Positions 47,691-56,420 of a stretch of 64,000 nucleotides of DNA are shown here, piece by piece. The stretch spans positions 514,928-578,927 of the forward strand of contig OZ244856.1 in the NCBI GenBank assembly GCA_965220995.1. The letters run 5' to 3'. Made by a program: the position numbers and the translations under genes. The notes under the pieces were generated by a model that saw nothing but the letters and a program-made list of their open reading frames with translations, was not told where the DNA came from and searched no databases. Source of the DNA: Acidimicrobiia bacterium (lineage in GTDB: Bacteria > Actinomycetota > Acidimicrobiia > Spongiisociales > ZC4RG35). How positions within the stretch are numbered: the first letter of the stretch is position 1; the number at the start of each line of letters is the position of its first letter.

Positions 47691-48719
47691 CTACCCGGCG
47701 ATGGACCGCAGTTCGGGCAGAACCTCTTTTTCGACCATTTCCAGGGTGCGATTGGGGTTGGTGGAAGCGATCTGGATGGCCACGTAATCGGCGCCGATCT
47801 CGGTTGCGAGGGGGCGATAGACCTCAATCAGATCCTCCACCGAGGAAGCCATGGTGTATTTGCCCAGGACCTCGGAGCGATCCATGGAATCGGCCCGTTC
47901 CCGCAGCACCATCGGATCAACCGCCTGCAGCCTTCCGGGTGCTCGCAGCCCGCGCATGCTGCCCAACGCCTCCCATGCTTCCGACTCGTCGCCGGCCAGT
48001 ACACACCAGCGGGTGGTCATCAGGGTCCCCGACCTGCCCCATTTCTCCGCCGAGGCGCGGAACGGCCCGATTGCCCTCTCCATGGCCACGGCAGGATCCT
48101 TCACGCTGACGATCAGGCCATCGGCCCGCCTTCCGGCGAAGGTGGCCGACTGCGGACCTCCGGCGGCCATCCAAATGGGGGTCTTGCGAGGCGGGGGGCT
48201 GTAGAGCCTGGCCTTGTCAATGGTGTACCAGTCACCGGAAAAGTCAAGCTTTTCGCCCTCCAAGAGCCGATGCATGATCTCAAGCGCCTCCCGCATCCTT
48301 CTGATGCGTTCGCGGTAGTCGCCGAATTTGAATCCCATCGGGCCCTCATTGATGTTCTCTCCGGTGCCCACTCCCAAGACGAACTTTCCTCCGGTGAGCC
48401 TGTCCATGGTGGCAGCCGCCTGGGCGATCAGCGCGGGGTGATAGTGGTAGAGCGGGCAGGTGACGGATGTGGCGAGTTCGGCGTCCGTGCGGGCCGCCAC
48501 CGCCCCCAACCAGGACCACACGAACCCCGATGCGCAGTTGTCGTCGACCCAGGGGTGAAAGTGATCCGATCCCAGGATCATGTCGAATCCGGCTTCCTCG
48601 GCTCGGACCGCTTGATCCACCAGCACCTCCGGCTGGTACGACTCGTGACTGCAAAGCCAGGCGAATTTCAAAACTCTCTCCTTGGTGGACAACCACACCG
48701 AGGTTACCCCTTTGAACAA
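47691..48719 (-). CDS. LLM-class (luciferase-like) F420/flavin-dependent oxidoreductase
   Basis: 342 aa. LLM TIM-barrel blocks (AGFDMILGSDHFHPW...GVGTGENINE...LDFSGDWYTI). Confidence 0.8.
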   Translation of the reverse strand: MFKGVTSVWLSTKERVLKFAWLCSHESYQPEVLVDQAVRAEEAGFDMILGSDHFHPWVDDNCASGFVWSWLGAVAARTDAELATSVTCPLYHYHPALIAQAAATMDRLTGGKFVLGVGTGENINEGPMGFKFGDYRERIRRMREALEIMHRLLEGEKLDFSGDWYTIDKARLYSPPPRKTPIWMAAGGPQSATFAGRRADGLIVSVKDPAVAMERAIGPFRASAEKWGRSGTLMTTRWCVLAGDESEAWEALGSMRGLRAPGRLQAVDPMVLRERADSMDRSEVLGKYTMASSVEDLIEVYRPLATEIGADYVAIQIASTNPNRTLEMVEKEVLPELRSIAG

Positions 48720-48947
48720 CCGCCTTTGGACAGTCTGTCTCTATCAACAAAGGCCTTTTCGCCACGACCGGGGTCAACCGCGAACAACTGGATAACCCTG
48801 AACGGATTTCCATCCAGCGCCAACCCCCGGGTGGCACACATGCTTGATCTTCTGTCGGTAGAAGGGGATTTATGATTAGGTTTGGTTTGTCAACTTGGCG
48901 TTATATGGTCATGTTTTGTCACACCCGTGGGGGTATAATGATCGGGT

Positions 48948-50201
48948 ATGAACGAAGTGGCAACCGGAGCGAACGGACGGGTCGTGGACCAACGGACGGG
49001 CAACCAGGTACGGGTAGTGCTGCCGTCGGTTCCGGTGCGGGAAGCGTCGTTGGCCGGACTGCAGGAGCAGATGCGGTCGGCCAGCCGAGCCAAAGCCCAG
49101 GCCGAAGCGATCCGCGCGCGGGCCGCCGCCGAGTACAGCCGACGCCTGGGTGACAAAGCCACCGAAAAAGAACTCCGGAAACAATCCCGCCAATCAGCCC
49201 GCGGTACACGAACCGAAGTGAAAGTCGCCACCCAACTCAAAGACCTGCCCAACACCAAAAATGCATTCGAGACAGGCGAAATCACCTTCGGGCATGCCAA
49301 GGTAATCGCCGCCACAGCCGAACGGGCGAAAAACATTGACGAGCAGGAACTGGTAGGCCGGGCCAAGGTGGAACCGGTGGACGTGTTTTCTCGCACCGCC
49401 CGCCGTCACGAACAACAACGTTCCCACGATGACGGGATAGGAATGTTAGAAGCCCAAAAACGGGCCCGGCGGGCGTGGATCAAAACCGACCGGGACGATG
49501 GCATGACCGTCCTCTACGCCCGGTTCGATCCGATAACCGGCGCCCGGATCAGAAACGCCCTATCCCACCGCACCGACCAACTATGGCGAGAAGAACACCC
49601 CAACCATCGTCCCTCCACCGAACAACGCCTGGCCGACGCCGTGGCTGATCTGATCTGCCGACCCGACAGAACCCAAGAGAAGAAGGGCAAACCAGGATGG
49701 GCCGGGGCCACGCTGTTTATCACTGCCAACTACGACGTGGTAACCCAAAAGCTACAGGACGCCCAACTGGCTGACGGGACTCCCATACCCGTGGAAACCA
49801 TAAAAGAGTTGGCGTGTGAGGCGGAGATCGTTCCCGCCTTCTTCGACAGCCGTTCCCAGCCGCTGTGGGTGGGAACGAGCAGCCGACTCGCCACCCGAGC
49901 ACAACGCATGGCCCTGTTCGCCCGCGACCGGGGCTGTGTGGGATGCCAAACCGATCCCGAATGGTGCCAAGCCCACCACATCATCCCCTGGCAGGAGGAC
50001 GGACCCACCAACATCGACAACCTGGTCCTGCTATGCAGCAGATGCCACCACCAAATCCACGACAACCGATGGCAAATACACCAAACCCCGGACGGCAAAC
50101 ACGTAATGCTCCCACCCCCACGCCATCGCCCGCCCCCACCGAACAACCACCCCCGCCGCAGGAGACGACGGCGAAAACTCACCACTCAACTACGCCGGTA
50201 A
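48948..50201 (+). CDS. DUF222 + HNH endonuclease protein (REP13E12-like family)
   Basis: C-terminal HNH motif CVGCQTDPEWCQAHHIIPW...NLVLLCSRCHHQIH preceded by a DUF222-like region. The upstream region is AT-rich, with TATAAT (48934-48939) 8 nt before the ATG, suggesting a leaderless transcript. Confidence 0.8.
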   Translation: MNEVATGANGRVVDQRTGNQVRVVLPSVPVREASLAGLQEQMRSASRAKAQAEAIRARAAAEYSRRLGDKATEKELRKQSRQSARGTRTEVKVATQLKDLPNTKNAFETGEITFGHAKVIAATAERAKNIDEQELVGRAKVEPVDVFSRTARRHEQQRSHDDGIGMLEAQKRARRAWIKTDRDDGMTVLYARFDPITGARIRNALSHRTDQLWREEHPNHRPSTEQRLADAVADLICRPDRTQEKKGKPGWAGATLFITANYDVVTQKLQDAQLADGTPIPVETIKELACEAEIVPAFFDSRSQPLWVGTSSRLATRAQRMALFARDRGCVGCQTDPEWCQAHHIIPWQEDGPTNIDNLVLLCSRCHHQIHDNRWQIHQTPDGKHVMLPPPRHRPPPPNNHPRRRRRRRKLTTQLRR

Positions 50202-50360
50202 AACCCGCGAAACAAACCCGCCTCCCAGGGTTGACCACAGCCCCTCGGGTCGGCCACACTGAACAAGCTACTGAAACCAACCCCCGGGAAACGAGCGCTC
50301 AACCCCGGGCCGCAACAACCCAAACAACGCGACACCCACACACTGCGATCAAACGCGGAA

Positions 50361-50429
50361 AAGTCGCGAAAACCCACGGACAGGCGGTGGCGGGGGAGGG
50401 CAACCCGAAAGGGGAGAAATTCGCGACTT
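50361..50429. repeat. Mini-copy (~70 bp) of the repeat family: perfect 10-bp terminal inverted repeats aagtcgcgaa / ttcgcgactt around the conserved GGTGGCGGGGGAGGG core
   Basis: Shares TIR sequence (GTCGCGAAAAC) and core (ggtggcgggggaggg...gaaat) with copies A and B. Lies in the gap between the HNH gene and the dapA-like gene. Confidence 0.6.
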
Positions 50430-50542
50430 TTGCGACTCTCTGGCGAGAACCTACTAAGACTCATTATGGATTCGGCGACCCACAGCCCCAGTCGCCGGCT
50501 CCGGAACATTGCCGTGCTTCCGCCGGTTATCATCGAATCCTG

Positions 50543-51403
50543 ATGAAGTCACCGCCAAGGGCCATGCCCGCCATCATTACCCCCTTCAACGAACACCAGG
50601 AACTCGATCTCGGCGCCCATCGCCACAACCTTTCCTTACTGGGCTCAATGGGCTATGAAGGTTTCGTCCTGGGTGGATCCACCGGGGAAGGACCCCTGTT
50701 GGAACCCGGGGAACGGCTGCGCCTCACTGCCGCCGCCCGGGATGGCATGGGAGACGGCACATTTCTGTTGTGCGGCATCAACGCCGAGACCAACCGGGCC
50801 GCAACACGGCAGATCGCCGAAGCCCACCAGGGGGGAGCGGATGCCGTGCTGGTCCTCACCCCCACCACCATGTCTCGCAACCGCACCAACTTTCAGAGCG
50901 CCTTTTTCGAGGCAGTGGCGGATGAATCGCCCCTTCCGGTGTTTCTCTACTCGGTTCCGATAGTGACCGCCTATTCGCTGCCGCTTGAAACGGTCTGGGA
51001 ACTGGCCCAACACCCCAATGTGGCGGGCATGAAGGATTCCAGCGGGGACGCCACCCGGCTGCAGCGGATGCTGGCGGGCCTGCCCGATGATTTTGCCCTC
51101 TACAACGGTTCTGCTCATTCTGTGAACCTGGCCCTAGCCGCCGGGGCTCACGGTGTGATCCTGGCAGCCGCCAACTACCTGCCGAGGCTGGGCTTGGAAT
51201 TGGTAGCGGCTGCCCTGGAAAGCCCCCCCGGGGACATGAAACGCCAACACCGTCTGAGCGCCGGCAACGATGGTGTGGCCCGGCACGGGATTCCGGGAGT
51301 GAAAGCGGCCGCCGAACTGGTGGGACTCCGGGCGGGGCGCTGTCGGGCTCCGTTGCTGGCGGTGGACGAAGAGACTCAGGCCGGGTTCGCCCCCCTGCTT
51401 TAG
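50543..51403 (+). CDS. Dihydrodipicolinate synthase-family (DapA-like) lyase
   Basis: IITPFNE...GFVLGGSTGE...DAVLVLTP...YSVP blocks of the DapA/NAL family. The ORF-track N-terminal 225 aa is a spurious overlap with the HNH gene. Confidence 0.75.
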   Translation: MKSPPRAMPAIITPFNEHQELDLGAHRHNLSLLGSMGYEGFVLGGSTGEGPLLEPGERLRLTAAARDGMGDGTFLLCGINAETNRAATRQIAEAHQGGADAVLVLTPTTMSRNRTNFQSAFFEAVADESPLPVFLYSVPIVTAYSLPLETVWELAQHPNVAGMKDSSGDATRLQRMLAGLPDDFALYNGSAHSVNLALAAGAHGVILAAANYLPRLGLELVAAALESPPGDMKRQHRLSAGNDGVARHGIPGVKAAAELVGLRAGRCRAPLLAVDEETQAGFAPLL

Positions 51404-52161
51404 ACCGTCCCGCCGGTGTAGGCGGATATCACCGCTTCGGGGGCGCCCTGCATGCGAATCTTTCCCCGGTCGAGCCACAGAACACGGGAGGCCAGATCCC
51501 CGATCAACTCCATGTCGTGGGAAACCAAGATGGTGGCCGCCCCCTGTTCCATCACTTTCCGCACCCGCTGCCGGGATGTCTCCTGAAAACTCTGGTCGCC
51601 GACACTGAGGATTTCATCAACCAGCAGCACGTCGGGTTGGATATCGGTGACGATGGAAAAACCCAGCCGAGCGAGCATCCCCGAGGAAAAGGCTCGCACG
51701 GCAACGTCCGAGAACTCCGACAACCCCGCCCATTCGATGATCTCCTCGGCCCGTTGTTCCATTTCCCGGGGGGAGCGGCCCAGGATCGCCCCATACAGAA
51801 TCACGTTTTCCGTGGCGGTCAACTCCACATTGAATCCCGCTCCCAGTTCGATGAGCGGCGCCACCAGTCCTCTCACCACCACCCGACCCCGGGTGGGGGG
51901 CAACACCCGGGCCATGATCTTCATGAGGGTGGACTTCCCCGCCCCATTGTCACCGATCACGCCCAGCACCTCTCCGCGATCGACCCTCAACGACACGCCA
52001 GAAACGGCTCTCAGTTGATCCACCACCATCCGCCGACGCAGAGAACGGATCACCTGCTCTTTGAAGGTGCCGGGACGGTCCCGCACCAGGGGATAGATCA
52101 AGGAGACTTCCCGGCAGTCGACCGCGGGAGAACTCAAACCAGCACCGCCAGTCGCCGCCAT
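51400..52161 (-). CDS. ABC transporter ATP-binding protein (Wzt/TagH-like exporter ATPase)
   Basis: GDNGAGKSTLMKI, LSGGQ-like FSSGMLARLGF, LLVDEILSVGD. Start chosen at MAATGG, which overlaps the permease stop. Confidence 0.8.
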   Translation of the reverse strand: MAATGGAGLSSPAVDCREVSLIYPLVRDRPGTFKEQVIRSLRRRMVVDQLRAVSGVSLRVDRGEVLGVIGDNGAGKSTLMKIMARVLPPTRGRVVVRGLVAPLIELGAGFNVELTATENVILYGAILGRSPREMEQRAEEIIEWAGLSEFSDVAVRAFSSGMLARLGFSIVTDIQPDVLLVDEILSVGDQSFQETSRQRVRKVMEQGAATILVSHDMELIGDLASRVLWLDRGKIRMQGAPEAVISAYTGGTV

Positions 52162-52973
52162 GACCGGGAGAAGATCCAAGCTCCTCCCAACAACGCCGCG
52201 GCGGACGTGGCCACCATCACCACCCACATCCACCCGGGGGCAAATCCACCCCCGTATATCAGTCCCCTGAACACCTCCAGATAGGAGTAGAGGGGGTTGA
52301 AATGGATCAACACCACAAACCGATCGGGAACGATGGTCACCGGATAGAAGCCGGGTGTTGCGTACATGGCGAGGGTGAGCAGAACCCCCACTATGTCGAG
52401 AACATCCCGGTAGGCCACCGCCAAGGACGCCACCATCATGCCCAAGCCCGCCACGAACATGGCCAGGAACACCAGTGGAATGGGCGCCAGCAGGGCGGTG
52501 ACGGGTATCCCGACTCCGGCCACCAACTGCACCACCAGTAGCAACAGGATGTTGATTCCGAAGTTGACCAGAGCCGCCAGGGCGGGCGCCACCGCGAACA
52601 CCTCGGCCGGAACGTACACCTTGGAAAGAATCCCGGCGGAATCGACTATCGACGACCCCGACGCCACCACTCCCTGCGAAAAAAAGGTAATGAGCATCAC
52701 ACCCGACAGCACATAGACCACATAGGGGACATCTCCGGGAATCTCAAACCGAAAAATCGTGCTGAACACCGCCCACATCACCCCCACCGTCAGAAGCGGA
52801 TTCAGAAGGGTCCACCACACCCCCAACATGGAACGCTTGTAGCGGACCGTGAGGTCCCTTTTCACCAACAGTCCCAGAAGGCCCCCATAGCGACGGAGAT
52901 TGGCGATTTCCGACGCCACCGGACGGCGGGGTTGGTCGGAGTCATAGTGAGAGACCGGCGGCGGCGCTCTCAC
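52134..52973 (-). CDS. ABC-2 type transporter permease (Wzm/TagG-like)
   Basis: 279 aa, 6 TM. ABC-2 signature region YKRSMLGVWWTLLNPLL. Confidence 0.8.
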   Translation of the reverse strand: MRAPPPVSHYDSDQPRRPVASEIANLRRYGGLLGLLVKRDLTVRYKRSMLGVWWTLLNPLLTVGVMWAVFSTIFRFEIPGDVPYVVYVLSGVMLITFFSQGVVASGSSIVDSAGILSKVYVPAEVFAVAPALAALVNFGINILLLLVVQLVAGVGIPVTALLAPIPLVFLAMFVAGLGMMVASLAVAYRDVLDIVGVLLTLAMYATPGFYPVTIVPDRFVVLIHFNPLYSYLEVFRGLIYGGGFAPGWMWVVMVATSAAALLGGAWIFSRSWRRLAVLV

Positions 52974-53752
52974 CAGATTCCTCTCCGGGTGAACACTTCC
53001 CGTAACCGGTCCGGACGGTCGGTCATTATCCCGTCCACCCCCCGGTCCAGCAGGGCCTCCATCTGTTCCGGGCGGTCAACCGTCCAAATGTGCACCGCCG
53101 TCCCCATCCGATGGTAAGCCCGCACCGTTCGCCGGGTGACCAGGGGCACCAGACCGGACCGAACCGGAATCTGCAGGGCGACATGGCGGGTGGCGGCGCG
53201 TCGCCCGAGCCAGGCGGCCCTCACCAGGCGAGCCACCTCCTTTTCTCCGGCGGAAGTGGCCAGAGAGCCACCGGACAACTCCTCCATGCGGGCCACCCGG
53301 GCATCGGCAAAGGACGCCACAATCACCCGGTCGGCCAGGCGCATCCTCCGAATCAACCTCCACAGGGGCTCCTCGGTATGGTCGGCCTTCAGTTCCAGCA
53401 CCATGTTCAGATCGGGGAAGGCGCCGGCAACCTCTTCCAGGGAGGGAACCCTGATCCCCTGGCCCCGGAAGGGAAAGTCCTGATCGGGCCCGTGGTTGTA
53501 TCCGGCATCGAATCTCCGCACCTGCGACCAGGAAAATTCTCTTATCTCCCCCTGTCCGTCGGTGGTCCGCTCCAGGGTGGGATCATGAAAACACACCGGC
53601 ACTCCGTCGGACGTGAGGTGGAGATCGGTCTCTATCCATCGATAACCCATGGCCACAGACCGGGAGAACGCCTCCATGGTGTTCTCCGGCCAAAGACCCG
53701 CACCCCCACGGTGAGAGATCGCCAGGGTTTGGGAATCAGGCCGCCGATTCAT
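52970..53752 (-). CDS. Glycerophosphodiester phosphodiesterase (GDPD/UgpQ-like)
   Basis: AISHRGGAGLWPENT and ETDLHLTSDGVPVCFHD catalytic blocks. Confidence 0.8.
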   Translation of the reverse strand: MNRRPDSQTLAISHRGGAGLWPENTMEAFSRSVAMGYRWIETDLHLTSDGVPVCFHDPTLERTTDGQGEIREFSWSQVRRFDAGYNHGPDQDFPFRGQGIRVPSLEEVAGAFPDLNMVLELKADHTEEPLWRLIRRMRLADRVIVASFADARVARMEELSGGSLATSAGEKEVARLVRAAWLGRRAATRHVALQIPVRSGLVPLVTRRTVRAYHRMGTAVHIWTVDRPEQMEALLDRGVDGIMTDRPDRLREVFTRRGIW

Positions 53753-54980
53753 CCGATTGACCCACCGCGGTCAGATCCCCTTCCCGAATCAGTTCCCACA
53801 CCATGGGCAGGTCAGGATGGTTGGCCAACTCACCGAAACCACCCGCCTCCAGGATGACTATGTCTCCCACCGCCCCCCGACCGATCCAACCCCTGGCCTT
53901 GTCGCCCAGCGCCCGGGCGCCGCCCAAAGTGGCGCACCACAAGGCCGTTTCCATGGGTACGTCGCCGGCCTCGGAAGCCACCCAGGCCAAAAACGGCATG
54001 GAGGTCACCGATCGCTCCCCGGGCAGGCATCCGGTGCCCAACGCCACGGGTATGCCCCGATCGATCAGGCTTCTGATGGGAAGCCGCGTTCGGACGCTGT
54101 TCATGGGAAGCACCACCACCGCCCCGCCGCTGTGGCGCAGGGCCTGCAGGGTTAACTCGTCCAGCCGGGTCATGTCCTGCACCGCCAAAGGCCGAAGCGA
54201 CCGGACCAGGTCCGTGGGAATACCCGGAGATCCGTGAAGTCTCACCCGTTTTCGCAGGCTGCCCATCGTCGAGCAAATCTGACGGGCGTCCCCGGTGGAA
54301 TAGCCCTGGGCGCCCACCACCACCGAGATCCCGGAGACATATTGGGCGATCTCCCGGAGAAATCTCCTCCCTTCCCCGTCCTGGGCCGATATCTCCGTGT
54401 CAGGCCCCACCCTCCAGTTCGACACCACTTTCATGGGAAGCTTTTGCTTCAACTGGTTGGCCGCATCCAAACGCCCCTTGTCCTCCGCCAGATTCCCCCG
54501 GGACCCCACCGACACCGACAGGCAGGTCGCCCCTCCGGCCAGCAGCCGTCCCGCCCACTCGGTGGCCACTTCTTCCACCGACACCTCGTCGGACAACGTG
54601 GCGCCCGGGGTTCCCACCACCTGGCAGAAGGCGTCCACAAACCCCGGCGCCGCCACCCGTCCGCCGCAGTCGAATCGGGGCAGGGCCCCGAGTTGGCGCG
54701 GTATCTCCCGCTCGGCCCCCACCCAGGCAACCCGTCCCCTGCGGATCGCCACCGCGGCATCGTCGATGATCCCAAACGAACTGCCCCAGGAAGGGTCGTT
54801 GGTCATCAACCGCCCGATGCCGGTCACCAGCCGATCGGTTCCATGGGGTCGAAGGGCCTCCTGGGCAACGGTGTGGACGGTAACCGCGCATTCGTCACAG
54901 ATCGCCACCCCTTTGGGACCGGCCACCACATATGAACCCGGCCCGGGAAGTTGGCTGCAGAAAGAACATCTGGAAGGCAT
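53736..54980 (-). CDS. ClpX-type C4 zinc-finger domain fused to an amidohydrolase-superfamily domain
   Basis: N-terminus MPSRCSFCSQLPGPGSYVVAGPKGVAICDECAVTV matches the ClpX zinc-binding domain. The remainder is a metal-dependent amidohydrolase fold (HGSPGIP...VLEAGGFGEL). The 54980 start avoids overlap with the downstream gene; the ORF track extends to 55157. Confidence 0.65.
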   Translation of the reverse strand: MPSRCSFCSQLPGPGSYVVAGPKGVAICDECAVTVHTVAQEALRPHGTDRLVTGIGRLMTNDPSWGSSFGIIDDAAVAIRRGRVAWVGAEREIPRQLGALPRFDCGGRVAAPGFVDAFCQVVGTPGATLSDEVSVEEVATEWAGRLLAGGATCLSVSVGSRGNLAEDKGRLDAANQLKQKLPMKVVSNWRVGPDTEISAQDGEGRRFLREIAQYVSGISVVVGAQGYSTGDARQICSTMGSLRKRVRLHGSPGIPTDLVRSLRPLAVQDMTRLDELTLQALRHSGGAVVVLPMNSVRTRLPIRSLIDRGIPVALGTGCLPGERSVTSMPFLAWVASEAGDVPMETALWCATLGGARALGDKARGWIGRGAVGDIVILEAGGFGELANHPDLPMVWELIREGDLTAVGQSDESAA

Positions 54981-55106
54981 CTGAAGGCTTGGTGTATGGG
55001 AGGGGTCGAGGACAGCGCGAACATAGTTGAGGGTACCTGCGGGAGGGACATTCTGGGCGGCGTCTTGGTACCGTGAGGAAGAAACCGAAGCGAAAGGCGT
55101 CGTCTT

Positions 55107-55880
55107 ATGCAGTGCGGATACGAGTTGGCCGGGGAAGTGGCGGTGATCACTCTCCAACGTCCTTCCCGCTACAACGCCCTCACTCTCACCATGATCGGGG
55201 AGCTGACCGAGGCTCTCGGCCAGGCCAACGAGGAAGCTCGGGCCACGGTCATAACCGGAGAGGGACGGGCCTTTTGCGCCGGGGCCGATTTGATGGAGCT
55301 AACCGGCGAGTTGGAAAAAGCGGGGGATCTCGAAACTATTTTGCTTCGCCATTTCCATCCCCTGATCGAAGCCCTGCACCACTCTTCAACCCCCACCGTG
55401 GCGGCGATCAACGGTCCGGCCGCCGGAGCAGGAATGGGGATCGCGCTCAGCTGTGATCTGCGAGTGATGGATCCGGGGTCCTACTTCATGAGCGCCTTCA
55501 TCCACCTGGGACTCACCCCCGACTCGGGCACGGCCTGGTACCTGCCGCAAATGGTGGGGCTGAGCCGGGCGATCGAAATCACCATGACCGGGAGAAAGGT
55601 GAGCGCCCGCGAATCTTTGGACATCGGACTCTGCCATCGCCTGTCGGCCCCGGGAGAATCTTTGTCGGAGGCCCGGGAGTGGGCGGAACAGTTGTGCGAC
55701 GGCCCCACCGCCGCCTACCCCGCCAACCGGAGGCTCTTGTACGAGGTGTCAGCCACCGATGTCAGCCAGGGATTGGCTGCCGAAGCCCGCAGCCAAGGAG
55801 AGCTGGGCCGTTCGGCGCTGTTCTCCGAGGGGGTTTCGGCCTTCAAGGAGAAACGGAAAGCCGACTTTCGTTCGGTGTAG
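55107..55880 (+). CDS. Enoyl-CoA hydratase/isomerase (crotonase family)
   Basis: EGRAFCAGADLME...AAINGPAAGAGMGIALSCD crotonase-fold oxyanion-hole blocks. Confidence 0.85.
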   Translation: MQCGYELAGEVAVITLQRPSRYNALTLTMIGELTEALGQANEEARATVITGEGRAFCAGADLMELTGELEKAGDLETILLRHFHPLIEALHHSSTPTVAAINGPAAGAGMGIALSCDLRVMDPGSYFMSAFIHLGLTPDSGTAWYLPQMVGLSRAIEITMTGRKVSARESLDIGLCHRLSAPGESLSEAREWAEQLCDGPTAAYPANRRLLYEVSATDVSQGLAAEARSQGELGRSALFSEGVSAFKEKRKADFRSV

Positions 55881-55970
55881 AAAGGCTGTCGGACGTCCCA
55901 AGAACTTGGGGGTTATTCTCAGCCGGCGCCCGGGCAGGAAACGGCTCCCACTCTCGGGGCGATCGACCGG

Positions 55971-56378
55971 TTAGACCTTCACCACGTAGACAGTGAGAGT
56001 AAGGTCGAGACCTTCTCCATGGCCCACCGCCACCCCCACGGTGGTGTTCAGCCACTCCAGTTCCTCATCAGAGGTTTGAAAAGTGAGAAGTTCCCGGGGC
56101 ATCGCCTCGGTCCTCGACTTCATGATGCTCACTCCCAGGGCGCGGTAGGAAACGGTCCGGCGGCCCTCGCCGATCACACCCCGGATATCGAGGTCGAGAT
56201 TCCCGTCGGCCCGGACGGTGGCGTAGTCCGTTCCCGACACCGGAAGGGAACCCTCCCAGTGGGGACCCACCGCCTGCCCTTCGAACGCAAAGTCGATGCG
56301 GACCCCGGCCGGGGTCTTGCCCAGCATCCGCGGTTGGAGACGGGCGGTGATGGTGCAGAATTCTTCCAGTCGGGGCAT
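55971..56378 (-). CDS. Hypothetical protein (135 aa)
   Basis: Clean ORF with coding bias. No recognised domain; possibly DUF3237-like. Confidence 0.5.
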   Translation of the reverse strand: MPRLEEFCTITARLQPRMLGKTPAGVRIDFAFEGQAVGPHWEGSLPVSGTDYATVRADGNLDLDIRGVIGEGRRTVSYRALGVSIMKSRTEAMPRELLTFQTSDEELEWLNTTVGVAVGHGEGLDLTLTVYVVKV

Positions 56379-56420
56379 GGCTTCAGGCTCCTCCGTCGGG
56401 GCCTCTTACACTACTTCCGA

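Noticed and set aside
49865-50542. N-terminal extension of the 512-aa ORF 49865-51403
   Set aside because: Pro/Thr/Arg low-complexity that overlaps the HNH gene and the intergenic mini-repeat. The DapA-like domain starts at the Met at 50543.
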